Positions 20,615-31,428 of a DNA stretch of 64,000 nucleotides are shown piece by piece; position 1 is the first letter of the stretch; every line of letters begins with the position of its first letter. The notes beneath the pieces are model-generated. The model did no database searches. It saw nothing but the letters and a program-made list of their open reading frames with translations, and was not told the DNA's origin. Origin of the DNA: Gammaproteobacteria bacterium (GTDB lineage: Bacteria; Pseudomonadota; Gammaproteobacteria; UBA4575). The stretch lies in contig CBDCUI010000008.1 in the NCBI GenBank assembly GCA_965222615.1, positions 544,001-608,000 of the forward strand. Direction: 5' to 3'. Position numbers and translations under genes: made by a program.

Positions 20615-21922
20615 ATGACTAACCGAAGAAAACGTCGTAGCTTGTCTTCTGGAGACAAGATTGGGAAATATCAACTTGAAGAGGTTATTCATCAAGGTAA
20701 ATACAGAACTATATATAAAGCGCATGATCCTTTTTTAGATCGAGATGTAGCGATTAAGGTTAGTACTTTCCCAGAACAACAAGATGAGGAAGAGAATTCT
20801 CAGCAAATTCGCAACTCATTTTTTCTTGAAACACGTGCGGTCGGAAAATTACAACACCCAAACATTGTATCTGTATATGACGCAGGAGTAGGTGATCGAC
20901 AGACTTATATTGTTATGGAATATATCAAAGCTAAAAGTTTAGCTGCCATGTTAAAGAACGGTGAGAAAATTTCTGTTAATAAAGCATTAGATATCGTTTT
21001 TAAATGTTGTAAGGCACTTGAATATGCGCATAGTAAAGATGTTGTCCACCGGGATATTAAACCAGGCAATATACTGTTAACAGACGAAGGCAATGTAAAG
21101 ATTGTCGACTTTGGGGTAGCGAAAGTTCGTAATAGTATTGATACCTTATCAAGTGGTTTGTTTGGTTCACCTTCATACATGGCGCCAGAGCAAATAGAAG
21201 AACAAGAAGTGGGTCCGTCTACAGATTTATATGCACTTGGAATAGTTTTGTATGAGCTGCTCACAGGAAAAAAACCATTTGATGCGGATAATGTACATAC
21301 TTTGATGTACAAAATTTTGCATGAACAACCTGAATCATTAAGTGATCTGGGCATTGAGCATGCGACTCAATTACAGCCATTATTTGATGAAGCATTAGCG
21401 CGAAGTCCTGAACAACGTTACCCATCCGCAACTGATTTTGCATCGGCATTGCAAAGTGTAGATAACGCGCTTAGGTATAAAGAAAAGGAAATAGATAAGA
21501 GAGTAAATGCCGAGCAAGCTGGAATGTTAGGTTTTTTTCATGATTTTAGTGAACAACAGTTAGCAGAGTTTGTTGATGTGGCAACCTGGTTAAGGATTGC
21601 AGAAGGCCAAACAATTTTATCTGCAGGAGAAATAGACCAAACTTTTTATGTGATCGTTGGTGGTACGGCTACTGTATTTAAATCCAATGAACCGGTTAAG
21701 TCTTTACTGGAAGGGGATTGTTTTGGTGAAATTGGATTATTGAGCTATAAACAGCGAGCTACAAGCATCATGGCGAGCACAGATATGTTATTAATGAAAA
21801 TTACTTCTTCTGATTTAGATAAAATGTCATACACTTTGCAGGCACAATTCTACAAGGCTGTTGCAACCTCATTAATAAAACGTTTGTCAGACCACGAAGC
21901 CACTGCTGATAAAGCTGCATAA
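20615..21922 (+). CDS. Hanks-type Ser/Thr kinase with C-terminal cyclic-nucleotide-binding domain
   Basis: VAIK, HRDIKPGN, DFG, YMAPE; cNMP motif GDCFGEIGLL...RATS. Confidence 0.9.
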   Translation: MTNRRKRRSLSSGDKIGKYQLEEVIHQGKYRTIYKAHDPFLDRDVAIKVSTFPEQQDEEENSQQIRNSFFLETRAVGKLQHPNIVSVYDAGVGDRQTYIVMEYIKAKSLAAMLKNGEKISVNKALDIVFKCCKALEYAHSKDVVHRDIKPGNILLTDEGNVKIVDFGVAKVRNSIDTLSSGLFGSPSYMAPEQIEEQEVGPSTDLYALGIVLYELLTGKKPFDADNVHTLMYKILHEQPESLSDLGIEHATQLQPLFDEALARSPEQRYPSATDFASALQSVDNALRYKEKEIDKRVNAEQAGMLGFFHDFSEQQLAEFVDVATWLRIAEGQTILSAGEIDQTFYVIVGGTATVFKSNEPVKSLLEGDCFGEIGLLSYKQRATSIMASTDMLLMKITSSDLDKMSYTLQAQFYKAVATSLIKRLSDHEATADKAA

Positions 21923-21975
21923 GCAGTATAATAGCAACATTTTTAACACGGTATAGCGACCAAAAAGTAACTTCA

Positions 21976-22569
21976 TTGCCTCCACAACTGCTAGAATTGC
22001 CACTATTTCCTCTAAATACGGTTATTTTTCCCGGTGGAGTATTACCATTGCGAATTTTTGAACCACGCTATTTGGATATGGTGAAGGATTGTATGCGTAA
22101 TGATCATGGATTTTGTATCGTATCAATTCGCAGTGGAAGAGAGACCGGTCATGCCGCTGATGTATACAATACAGGAACCATATGCAGTATTAGCGATTGG
22201 GAAACGCTGCCCGATGGGTTGCTTGGTATCACCGCAAATGGTGAGAAAAAAGCTCATATCTCTACCACTAAAATTGAATCAAATCAGCTTGTCATAGGTC
22301 AATTGGAAGAGATTGAGGAGTTGCCGGACCCGAATTTGCCAGAAGAATTTGAATCCATGAAAGAATTATTACAACGTATTATTACGAAAGTTGGGCAGCC
22401 TTATACGACTTTGCCGGCCAAATACGAGAATTCGGGGTGGGTAGGTGCTCGTCTTATTGAATTGTTACCTCTACAATTGTCATTGAAGCAACGCCTCTTA
22501 GAAATAGATGATCATATTGTGCGTTTGCATCATCTTAAAGAAGCGATGCAAGAATCTAAATTCATATAA
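21976..22569 (+). CDS. LON peptidase substrate-binding domain protein
   Basis: LPLFPLNTVIFPGGVLPLRIFEPRYLDMV. Confidence 0.9.
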   Translation: MPPQLLELPLFPLNTVIFPGGVLPLRIFEPRYLDMVKDCMRNDHGFCIVSIRSGRETGHAADVYNTGTICSISDWETLPDGLLGITANGEKKAHISTTKIESNQLVIGQLEEIEELPDPNLPEEFESMKELLQRIITKVGQPYTTLPAKYENSGWVGARLIELLPLQLSLKQRLLEIDDHIVRLHHLKEAMQESKFI

Positions 22570-22591
22570 ATTAAATAACCAGGAGAATACT

Positions 22592-22963
22592 GTGGCAACG
22601 ATTGCCTTAACAAAAGAAAATTTTAACGAAACAATAGAAAATAATGAAACCGTAATTATTGATTTCTGGGCTTCATGGTGTGGCCCGTGTAGATCATTTG
22701 CTCCGACGTTTGAATCTGCTTCTGAGAATCATGAGGGAATTGTATTCGCTAAAGTAGACACTGAGGAGCAACAGGAATTGGCTCAAGCTTGCAATATACG
22801 CTCTATTCCAGCATTGATGATTTTTAGAGATCAAATACTATTGTACTCACAGGCTGGGGCATTACCCCCTGCACAGTTAGAAGACGTAATAGAAAAAACT
22901 CAGGAGTTAGATATGGATCAAGTAAGAGCAGATATTGAAAAGCAGAAATCGAGTGAAGCTTAG
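22592..22963 (+). CDS. trxA: Thioredoxin
   Basis: DFWASWCGPC; GTG start at 22592 with an AGGAG RBS. Confidence 0.9.
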   Translation: MATIALTKENFNETIENNETVIIDFWASWCGPCRSFAPTFESASENHEGIVFAKVDTEEQQELAQACNIRSIPALMIFRDQILLYSQAGALPPAQLEDVIEKTQELDMDQVRADIEKQKSSEA

Positions 22964-23034
22964 CTGTGAACTTTTATAAAGTTACTCATCACAAATAATT
23001 ATTTATTGATAAACTAATACCAAGTTAATTACTA

Positions 23035-24846
23035 ATGTCTGTGCTGGGAAATAATGATCAAGTAGTGAAGCGATATACAGTACGCCATGTACTTAATATG
23101 GCATTACTACATAAAAAAGAGCTTATCGCGGCACATATTATTGCAATAGTGGCGGTCTTAGCGAGCATTCCAATCCCGCTACTTATACCACTATTGATTG
23201 ATGAGGTTTTATTAGACAAACCTGGGAAAGTGGTTGCGACAATCGGGAAATTTTTTCCTGAGTCTTTGCATAGTCCTTTTCTTTATATTGTTGTTCTTAC
23301 CATAATTTGTATTGTACTTAGATTAATCTACCTTTCACTCAATGTTTGGCAGACAAAGAAGTTTGTCACTATAGCTAAAGACATCATCTATCGAATTCGA
23401 TATCAGTTGCTTGATCGATTAAAGCATGTGGCGATGTCGGAGTATGAAACTTTGGGCGGCGGTGCTGTAGCATCCAAGTTTGTTACTGATTTAAATACGG
23501 TGGATCAATTTGCTGGGGAGACCGTCAGCAAATTTTTGGTAGCAGCTTTAACTATTATCGGTGTCGCAGGAGTATTGGTTTGGCTGCATTGGCAATTGGC
23601 GTTGTTCATTTTATTTGTCAATCCGCTAGTGATTTATGTCACGATGGTAATAGGCAAACGAGTAAAAATTCTTAAGAAAAAAGAAAATAAGGCATTTGAA
23701 AAATTTCAACAGTCTCTAACAGAAACCCTTGATGGTATACAACAAATCCGTGCCAGTAACCGTGAAGCTTATTACTTAGATCGAGTTAGAGAAAATGCAG
23801 AACAAGTTAAAGATCACTCTTCGGCATTTTCTTGGAAGAGTGATGCTGCCAATCGGCTTTCTTTTTCAGTATTTTTAATTGGTTTTGATATTTTTCGCGC
23901 AGTGAGTATGGCAATGGTGCTGTTAACCGATTTAACTATTGGCGAAATGATTGCTGTATTTGGTTACTTATGGTTTATGATGGGGCCCGTACAGGAAGTA
24001 CTCGGCATTCAGTATTCATTTTATGGAGCTAAGGCAGCGCTAGGTCGAATTAATGAGTTACTTTATTTGCCAAGCGAACCTCAATATCCGCATATTGAAA
24101 ATCCATTTGCTGGTAAACATGCCGTTAGTGTTCAAGTCGATAATATTAAATTTGCCTATGGAGATGGTCCATATGTATTAGATGGCGTAAATTTGTCTAT
24201 TGCCGCTGGTGAAAAAGTCGCGTTAGTTGGAGCCAGTGGTGGTGGTAAGTCTACACTGGTTCAAGTCTTGTTAGGGTTGTATCCACCTCTATTTGGTGAA
24301 ATAAAATTTGATGGTGTGCCTGTATCAAAAATCGGTATGGAAGTTGTGCGTGAGCATGTTGCATGTGTATTGCAACATCCTGCCTTATTTAATGACACAG
24401 TGCGCATGAATTTAACTCTGGGAAGAGAAATCCCTGATGCGGCGTTGTGGCGAGTACTCGAAGTTGCACAAATTAATGATGTAATAGAAAAAATGCCTAG
24501 GGGTTTGGATAGTTTAATTGGAGTAGACGGAATTCGATTGTCAGGAGGACAACGTCAACGCATCGCTATTGCAAGAATGGCACTTACTAATCCCCAAGTC
24601 GTAATATTGGATGAGGCCACCTCTGCACTGGATGCCGAAACCGAAGCAAAATTGCATACGGCATTGGCAAGTTATTTAACAGGTCGGACGATAATTATCG
24701 TAGCTCATCGTCTCAGTGCAGTAAAACAAGCAGATACCGTTTACGTTTTTGAAGATGGAAAAGTGACAGAGCAAGGCGGTCATGATGAGCTACTGCGATT
24801 AAATGGCCTTTACTCTAAGCTTTATGGACAACATCAAATTGCATAG
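23035..24846 (+). CDS. ABC exporter, fused permease/ATPase (MsbA-like family)
   Basis: TM domain plus GASGGGKST, LSGGQRQR, LDEATSALD. Confidence 0.93.
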   Translation: MSVLGNNDQVVKRYTVRHVLNMALLHKKELIAAHIIAIVAVLASIPIPLLIPLLIDEVLLDKPGKVVATIGKFFPESLHSPFLYIVVLTIICIVLRLIYLSLNVWQTKKFVTIAKDIIYRIRYQLLDRLKHVAMSEYETLGGGAVASKFVTDLNTVDQFAGETVSKFLVAALTIIGVAGVLVWLHWQLALFILFVNPLVIYVTMVIGKRVKILKKKENKAFEKFQQSLTETLDGIQQIRASNREAYYLDRVRENAEQVKDHSSAFSWKSDAANRLSFSVFLIGFDIFRAVSMAMVLLTDLTIGEMIAVFGYLWFMMGPVQEVLGIQYSFYGAKAALGRINELLYLPSEPQYPHIENPFAGKHAVSVQVDNIKFAYGDGPYVLDGVNLSIAAGEKVALVGASGGGKSTLVQVLLGLYPPLFGEIKFDGVPVSKIGMEVVREHVACVLQHPALFNDTVRMNLTLGREIPDAALWRVLEVAQINDVIEKMPRGLDSLIGVDGIRLSGGQRQRIAIARMALTNPQVVILDEATSALDAETEAKLHTALASYLTGRTIIIVAHRLSAVKQADTVYVFEDGKVTEQGGHDELLRLNGLYSKLYGQHQIA

Positions 24847-24990
24847 GAAGCTGTGATTTATTCTGCCCTTATTAAATTTTTATGGTATTAAAAAGATTTT
24901 CGAAATACTCATGTATACCTATATACACTCCATCTTGTCAAAATCTTTTTACCTCGTCTCAGGCATTTCATTAATAAATCAGAACTTCCT
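24845..24990 (+). repeat. MITE-like palindromic element (~146 bp)
   Basis: AGGAAGCTGTGATTTATT ... AATAAATCAGAACTTCCT termini and a shared internal CATGTATA..TATACACTCC motif. Confidence 0.8.
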
Positions 24991-24999
24991 GAATCTTTT

Positions 25000-25364
25000 A
25001 TGCGGCCAGTCATTAAAGTCAATTAAGCAAACTAACGAGTATTATTTTGAAGAAGATTGTTACATCACAGAGATTTCTAACTCTATAGATGACGAAGCGT
25101 TGTCTATTGCACGTGCTCGAGTCGAACCAGGTGCAAAGACAAAATTACATTGTCTTAAAGAAATAACCGAAAGATATGTAATTTTGAGTGGTGAAGGGTT
25201 GGTTGAAGTTGGTTCCACTATTGCTCAGAGTGTCAATGTTGGAGATGTAGTGATTATTCCTCCGATGTGTCCACAAAAGATAACTAATACTGGTAAAAGA
25301 TGATTTGATTTTTTTGGCAATCTGTACACCAAGATTTAATAAAGAGTCTTATCAAGAACTTTAG
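25000..25364 (+). pseudogene. Cupin-domain protein with two apparent +1 frameshifts
   Basis: MRPVIK / SIKQTNEYYFEEDC...TKLHCL...ERYVILSGEG...ITNTGK / DDLIFLAICTPRF. The span is 365 nt = 121 codons + 2. Confidence 0.7.
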
Positions 25365-25698
25365 TAATAATTGAAAGTTGGAAATGAGGTTTTAAAAATA
25401 ACTTAGTATAGTCCAAGTGTCTTATTTAGTCGGCAATTAACAACTATTATATCTATTAATTAAATTCTTCTTTTTGTTTGTATATGGGGCTGTATGTTTT
25501 TAGATATCACAAATTTTATTGTTTGGTTTAAAAATATTTTATCCAGTAAAAACAATGGCATGAGAGGGGTAGTTAAATTTTACTTGTTGTGAGTTTTAGC
25601 ATCGCCTACACTTATTTTATGTGCTGTATTTAACAGCATTTACGCACTTAGTACGTATATTGATAATAATAAAGTAATAAGGTAAGGAGGATATAAAA

Positions 25699-26019
25699 AT
25701 GGGTAATCTTGGAAGATGGCTTTTTCTCGCGGGACTCATAATTTGTATAGTTGTAGGTCTTGGTTTGGCAAACAATCCATGGGTGCCGGCAGCTTTAGCA
25801 ATTCTTGGAGTTGTTGTCGGATTACTGAATGTAGGCACTAGTGAATCGACAAGATTTTTACTAGCGGCAATCGGTTTAATTATTTGCGCTTCGTCGCTGA
25901 ATACGATTCCATACATAGGCCAGCATGCTTCATCTATAGCAGGCTATCTGGTTTCCTTTATTGCAGCAGCTGTCTTTGTTGTGGCGATTAAGAGTTTGTT
26001 AGAGACCGCTGGCGACTAG
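25699..26019 (+). CDS. Small 4-TM hypothetical membrane protein
   Basis: Strong AAGGAGG RBS, hydrophobic sequence, own terminator. Confidence 0.75.
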   Translation: MGNLGRWLFLAGLIICIVVGLGLANNPWVPAALAILGVVVGLLNVGTSESTRFLLAAIGLIICASSLNTIPYIGQHASSIAGYLVSFIAAAVFVVAIKSLLETAGD

Positions 26020-26041
26020 TATAGTTTGCTTTATATAACCT

Positions 26042-26071
26042 AAAAGGCCCACGTTTACGTGGGCCTTTTTT
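26042..26071. terminator. Bidirectional rho-independent terminator
   Basis: AAAAGGCCCACGT-TT-ACGTGGGCCTTTTTT between convergent genes. Confidence 0.9.
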
Positions 26072-26085
26072 ATGTTACATAGTAC

Positions 26086-27363
26086 TTAAATCGACTGAAA
26101 AGATTTATTTGCAATCTCAATCGTTTTTTCAATATCTTCTTCGCTATGCGCACTCGATATAAAGCCAGCCTCATAGGGAGATGGGGCTAAGTAAATACCT
26201 TGTTCCAGCATATTGTGAAAAAATTTATTGAAGTGATCTGAATTGCATGAAGTTACTTGTGAAAAACTGGTTATTTTTTCTTCTTCTGTGAAAAATATTC
26301 CAAACATGCCACATACGTAGTTTGCGGCGAGAGGAATGTTATTGTTCTTTGCTGATTCTAATAAGCCATCTATGAGTAATTTAGTTTTGCGCTGTAATTT
26401 GTCATGAAAGCTTCTATCAGAAAGTAATTTCAACGTGGTTAAGCCTGCAGTCATGGCAATAGGGTTACCTGATAGTGTACCTGCCTGATACACCGGTCCA
26501 GTCGGGGCCAGTGATTCCATGATTTTTCGCTCTCCACCAACTGCACCAACTGGCATGCCCCCGCCTAATATTTTTCCTAATGTGGTCAAATCAGGGATGA
26601 CTTTATAAAGTTGTTGAGCGCCTCCACGTGCAACACGAAATCCTGTCATGACTTCGTCAAAAATTAGAATTGATTTATGTTCAGAACAAAGTTGACGTAA
26701 ACCTTGTAAAAAACCTTTGATTGGCGGGATACAATTCATATTGCCAGCAATAGGTTCGACAATTACACAAGCTATTTCTTCACCCAGCTTGGCAAACACC
26801 TGTTCAACCTCATCGAGATCGTTGTAAGTCAAAGTAATGGTGTGTTCAGCTAACTCGGGCGGGACACCCGGCGAGTTGGGTACGCCTAGGGTAAGTGCAC
26901 CGGAGCCGGCCTTGACTAATAGAGAGTCTCCATGACCATGATAACAGCCTTCAAATTTAATAATCTTATTGCGGCCAGTGTGTCCACGCGCAAGGCGTAT
27001 CGCACTCATCGTTGCCTCCGTCCCTGAACTTACCATGCGTACCATTTCGATAGACTCAATCAGCTCACACACTTTTTTGGCCATCTCGGTTTCAATTTCG
27101 GTGGGCGTTCCAAAACTTAGCCCATGTTCCGCGGCACGTTGGACCGCTTCAATCACTTCGGGATGTGCATGTCCCAAAACCATCGGCCCCCAGGAGCCGA
27201 CATAATCAATGTATTCTTTATCGTGAATATCGTAAATATAAGCGCCATGCGCACGCTTGATGAAAACAGGTGTACCGCCGACTGCCTTAAATGCACGTAC
27301 GGGAGAATTGACACCACCGGGTATATATTTGTGGGCCTCGTCAAAGGCTTGTTGATTATTCAT
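26086..27363 (-). CDS. hemL: Glutamate-1-semialdehyde 2,1-aminomutase
   Basis: [40 protein letters not shown]. Confidence 0.98.
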   Translation of the reverse strand: MNNQQAFDEAHKYIPGGVNSPVRAFKAVGGTPVFIKRAHGAYIYDIHDKEYIDYVGSWGPMVLGHAHPEVIEAVQRAAEHGLSFGTPTEIETEMAKKVCELIESIEMVRMVSSGTEATMSAIRLARGHTGRNKIIKFEGCYHGHGDSLLVKAGSGALTLGVPNSPGVPPELAEHTITLTYNDLDEVEQVFAKLGEEIACVIVEPIAGNMNCIPPIKGFLQGLRQLCSEHKSILIFDEVMTGFRVARGGAQQLYKVIPDLTTLGKILGGGMPVGAVGGERKIMESLAPTGPVYQAGTLSGNPIAMTAGLTTLKLLSDRSFHDKLQRKTKLLIDGLLESAKNNNIPLAANYVCGMFGIFFTEEEKITSFSQVTSCNSDHFNKFFHNMLEQGIYLAPSPYEAGFISSAHSEEDIEKTIEIANKSFQSI

Positions 27364-27433
27364 GGTTTACAGTGGCATTGTTCATGAAATGCGATCCTAA
27401 CTAATGTCACTCAGTTAAGAAAGCTCTGATATA

Positions 27434-28064
27434 TTAATTAAACTGGTGGATCAATTGTAGGAGTTCTTCTGCAGCTTGTTTGGGCGCATCTGTGGCAAAT
27501 AATGCATTGATTACAGCAACCATATCGACTCCAGTCGTTAACAATAGTTTGATATTATTTTTGTTAATGCCTCCAATTGCGCATACGGGCACATTTAGCT
27601 CATTTTTTTGCCCGAGTCAGTAAATCGATATTTGCATGCGGGGCATTTGGTTTGCTGGGTGAATTGAAGAAACTTCCAAATGCCACATAGTCTGCACCTG
27701 CACGAATTGCTGCAGCGGCATTATCGAATTCGTTATAACAAGAAGCGCCACAGAGTTTATCGTTACCAAGTATTTTTTTTGCCTCACTAATCGATTTATC
27801 CTGTTTGCCTAAATGTACGCCATCTGCATCAATTAATTTAGCCAGTTCTATATCATCATTGATAATTAATAATGCTTGGTGTTTCGTAGTAAGCGATTTA
27901 ATTTGATTTGCCAACGCATATTTATTTTTATGACTACTAATTTTGTCACGAAACTGAATAATTTTAACACCTGCAGTTAACACATCGTTTACTTTTTCAG
28001 TAAATTTTGCCGAGCCAATATATTGAATGTCAGCAATGGCATATAAGCCTTTAAGTTTTTGCAT
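27434..28064 (-). pseudogene. thiE: Thiamine-phosphate synthase ThiE with a +1 frameshift in an A7 run (possible assembly error)
   Basis: QFRDK, IINDD, DGVHLG, ASCY, DYVAFG. The tail NELNVPVCAIGGI...VDMVAVI continues in another frame to a stop at 27434; span 631 nt = 210 codons + 1. Confidence 0.85.
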
Positions 28065-28078
28065 TGCAAGGAAGATTT

Positions 28079-28870
28079 CTACTTAACCCAATGGAAACGA
28101 TTAGGAATTTTTTGCCCCATACCAAGCTGACGAGCAGTAACTAAGCTTTTCCAAGTGAATTCTTGTGCCTGATGTGTAGCTGAAACTACATCTTGTCCAT
28201 GCGCGAGATAAGCAGTAATCGCGGAAGACAGTGTACAGCCGGAGCCATGAAACTTATCAGGCAAACGATCCCATGTATACTTATCAAGTTTGCGATGATT
28301 TCCGTATAAGATGTTATTAACTACAGGCGTGTTTTCGTGACTACCCGTTACTAATACGTAGTGTGCACCACGTTCCAGTATCGCCATTGCGCAAGCATCT
28401 AAATTATCGGCTTCTGGAGCAAGTTTTCTTGCTTCAATACTATTTGGTGTTACTACCGTTGCTTGTGGAATCAATAAAGAAATTATTGCTGAGACAACTG
28501 CATCACTCGCTAAAGTTTTTCCTCCTCCTGCAACGATAATAGGATCTAATACTACAGGGATACCAGCATAGTCAGTGAGCAGCGTATGAATTGCTCGTGC
28601 AGTTTCGATACTTTCGATCAGTCCTATCTTGATTGCCGCAACATTCATATCTTCTAGTATTATGCGTGCTTGTTCGACAATCATGCGCTCATCTATTTGA
28701 GACGTTTCAAGTACATTGGTAGTATCCTGCGCAGTAATAGAAGTAATAATTGGTGCTGTATGGCAACCTAAGCTAGCTAAGGTTTCAATATCAGCTTGTA
28801 TACCAGCCCCGCCAGTGGGGTCGACGCCTGAGATTGCCATTACCACTGGCGTGTTTGCAATAGCGTTCAC
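28079..28870 (-). CDS. thiD: Hydroxymethylpyrimidine/phosphomethylpyrimidine kinase (start uncertain; ORF open to 28885)
   Basis: G.DPTGGAGIQAD, TAQDT, TPN..EA, HGSGCTLSSA. Confidence 0.93.
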   Translation of the reverse strand: MNAIANTPVVMAISGVDPTGGAGIQADIETLASLGCHTAPIITSITAQDTTNVLETSQIDERMIVEQARIILEDMNVAAIKIGLIESIETARAIHTLLTDYAGIPVVLDPIIVAGGGKTLASDAVVSAIISLLIPQATVVTPNSIEARKLAPEADNLDACAMAILERGAHYVLVTGSHENTPVVNNILYGNHRKLDKYTWDRLPDKFHGSGCTLSSAITAYLAHGQDVVSATHQAQEFTWKSLVTARQLGMGQKIPNRFHWVK

Positions 28871-28898
28871 AATATGAAGTAGCAACTAGAAAACATCC

Positions 28899-29072
28899 AT
28901 GCAGTATAAAACATATATGTGCGTAATTTGTGGTTGGATCTATGATGAAGCCAAAGGCTCACCTGAAGAGGGTTTGGCTCCTGGTACTCGCTGGGAGGAT
29001 GTACCTCTTAATTGGAAGTGTCCGGAGTGTGGAGCGGTTAAGGACGATTTCTTGATGATGGAGATCTCATAA
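28899..29072 (+). CDS. Rubredoxin (57 aa, absent from the supplied ORF track)
   Basis: MQYKTYMCVICGWIYDEAKG...PGTRWEDVPLNWKCPECG; two CxxCG motifs. Confidence 0.95.
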   Translation: MQYKTYMCVICGWIYDEAKGSPEEGLAPGTRWEDVPLNWKCPECGAVKDDFLMMEIS

Positions 29073-29195
29073 ATGATCTTTTTTGTGCCTAGTTAGTTTC
29101 CAGATTTTCAATTTGTTCAATTTTTTGGCTTATGAACTAAGTATGAGTACTTTGTTTTTGAAGAGTCTCAGCTCTCACAGATACAGAACCTTGGT

Positions 29196-29765
29196 TTATA
29201 AATGATTCTGAGACTGACGAATCTGTGCATATAAATATGCAATTTTTGCAGAAAGTTCTAAGGAACAAGTCCATTTGTAAGCTAGGTTTAACGATTCTGC
29301 GCAAGCATACACGCCATGACCCCTCACCACTGTAATACAGTCTTTATTCAATGTGTCTGCAACCATAGTGGGCGATAAGTCTAAATATTGATCGAATTCA
29401 ATTGTGTGTACAGTAACCACTGGAAAATATAATTTACCCTCAAAGTCTTCAGGAACGAAGTTTTTGCCATCCATGGTAATTGCAATAGTATACGGGCCAT
29501 GGCTGTGTAGCACAGCTTGCGTCCTTGGATTTCTCTTATATACTTCTATATGTAGTTTGGCATCATAAGAAGCATTTTCACCTATAGATCCATTTACGTC
29601 ACATGCAATTAAATCATCTGCATGCAAAGTATCTGCGCATGCACCGGTTGGTGTTACCCAAATGGTGTTTTCAATACGTATGGATGCGTTGCCACTATGG
29701 GAGTCGTTATAGCCAAAACTTCGTAACCATGCATAATATCTAACAAGATCTTCTTTAGGATTCAT
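29196..29765 (-). CDS. Class II aldolase/adducin-family protein
   Basis: SGNASIR, TPTG, HSH, VVRGHGVYA. Confidence 0.88.
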   Translation of the reverse strand: MNPKEDLVRYYAWLRSFGYNDSHSGNASIRIENTIWVTPTGACADTLHADDLIACDVNGSIGENASYDAKLHIEVYKRNPRTQAVLHSHGPYTIAITMDGKNFVPEDFEGKLYFPVVTVHTIEFDQYLDLSPTMVADTLNKDCITVVRGHGVYACAESLNLAYKWTCSLELSAKIAYLYAQIRQSQNHL

Positions 29766-29823
29766 GAGTTTCTTTAGTAAAAATTCTTAAATAGAAAAAT
29801 TAAATACAGAAAAGGACGATGAG

Positions 29824-30759
29824 ATGTCAGCATTAATTTGTGGCTCACTTGCATTTGATACCATTATGGTCTTTCCAGATAGATTTAAGGAACATATCTT
29901 GCCTGAGAAGGTGCATATTTTAAATGTATCTTTTATGGTGCCGCAGATGCGTAGAGAGTTTGGTGGATGCGCGGGGAACATCGCTTACAATTTACGTTTA
30001 CTTGGGGGGGAAGGCTATGCGATGGGCACGGCAGGAAGGGATTTCGAGCCATATTCAAATTGGATGAACAAATGTGGAATGGACCAAAGATATATCAAAA
30101 AAATTGGTGATGAATATACTGCCCAAGCCTTTATTACAACTGACTTAGATGATAATCAAATCACTGCATTTCATCCTGGTGCCATGAACTGTTCGCATCA
30201 GAATAGAGTGCCTACAAGTGACGGTATCAGTCTTGCAGTCATTTCACCGGATGGTAAAGATGGCATGATTCAGCATGCCAAACAATGTGAACAAGCGGGC
30301 ATTCCCTTTATCTTTGATCCAGGCCAAGGCATGCCCATGTTTGATAGCGAGGAATTACTTTCATTTATTGAACAAGCAAGTTACATATGTGTGAATGATT
30401 ACGAGTCACAACTTCTACAGGAACGTACCGGTTTATCGATCGCACAAATTGCCGAACACGTTGAAGCAGTGATTGTTACACGTGGCAGTAAAGGATCAGT
30501 AATTCATACAAATGGCGAATCGATTGAAATCCCGGCAGTAAAAGCTGACTCTGTAAAGGATCCAACAGGTTGTGGAGATGCTTATCGGGGGGGCTTGTTG
30601 TATGGAATGATGAATAATTTTGATTGGGAACTTACTGGCCGTATTGCGGCACTACTGGGTGCAATTAAAGTTGCGCATCATGGTACCCAGAATCATCATT
30701 TTACTTTGCAGGAGTTTAAAGATAAGTACCAAAAAGAATTTGGTACGTCATTTTGTTAG
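29824..30759 (+). CDS. PfkB-family kinase (adenosine/nucleoside kinase type)
   Basis: GSLAFD, GGCAGNIAY, FDPGQ, DPTGCGDAYR. Confidence 0.9.
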   Translation: MSALICGSLAFDTIMVFPDRFKEHILPEKVHILNVSFMVPQMRREFGGCAGNIAYNLRLLGGEGYAMGTAGRDFEPYSNWMNKCGMDQRYIKKIGDEYTAQAFITTDLDDNQITAFHPGAMNCSHQNRVPTSDGISLAVISPDGKDGMIQHAKQCEQAGIPFIFDPGQGMPMFDSEELLSFIEQASYICVNDYESQLLQERTGLSIAQIAEHVEAVIVTRGSKGSVIHTNGESIEIPAVKADSVKDPTGCGDAYRGGLLYGMMNNFDWELTGRIAALLGAIKVAHHGTQNHHFTLQEFKDKYQKEFGTSFC

Positions 30760-30774
30760 TACGGCAAATGCGAG

Positions 30775-31428
30775 TTACTTTAGACTTAGGCGGTTCCAAT
30801 TTTTTTTGATTGCATGTGCAGTTAATTCTTTGTCTGCATCTACTGCGATAGGGTAGTCTACAAGCTCTAATAACGGGATATCATTCCGTGAATCAGAATA
30901 AAAATAACTACCTTCTAGGGTAAGTGAGCTAGACGCTAGCCATTGTTCTAAACGAGTTACTTTGCCTTGGCCAAAGCAAGGGGTGCCTTCTACTTTACCG
31001 GTAAACCTACCATTTTCCATCGCTGGTTCAGTTGCAATCAAGGTATCGACATTAAATATCTCTTGCATGGGTTCAGTAATAAAGCGATTAGTTGCGGTAA
31101 CGATTACAAGTTCATCTCCAGCATCACGATGTTGCGCGATCAAATCACGTGCCTTAGTTTTTACGATGGGCTTAATACGTTGTTCTATATATTCATTACG
31201 CCACTCTAAAAGTTCTGCATAATTATTTTCTGCTAATGGCTTAAGTGCAAAATTTAAAAATTCATAGACATCGAGTTTTCCAGCAAGGTACTGTCTATAA
31301 AAACGTTCATTTTCATTTTTATAAAATTCTTCGTCTACCTTGCCAATCGAAACAAGGTGTAGACCCCACTCGTAGTCACTGTCTCCAGCCAATAGGGTTT
31401 CATCAAGATCAAACAATGCTAATGCCAT
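30775..31428 (-). CDS. HAD-IB hydrolase (histidinol-phosphatase/SerB-like)
   Basis: FDLDETL, TATN, GK, YSDS.ND.PLL; divergent from rppH. Confidence 0.88.
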   Translation of the reverse strand: MALALFDLDETLLAGDSDYEWGLHLVSIGKVDEEFYKNENERFYRQYLAGKLDVYEFLNFALKPLAENNYAELLEWRNEYIEQRIKPIVKTKARDLIAQHRDAGDELVIVTATNRFITEPMQEIFNVDTLIATEPAMENGRFTGKVEGTPCFGQGKVTRLEQWLASSSLTLEGSYFYSDSRNDIPLLELVDYPIAVDADKELTAHAIKKNWNRLSLK

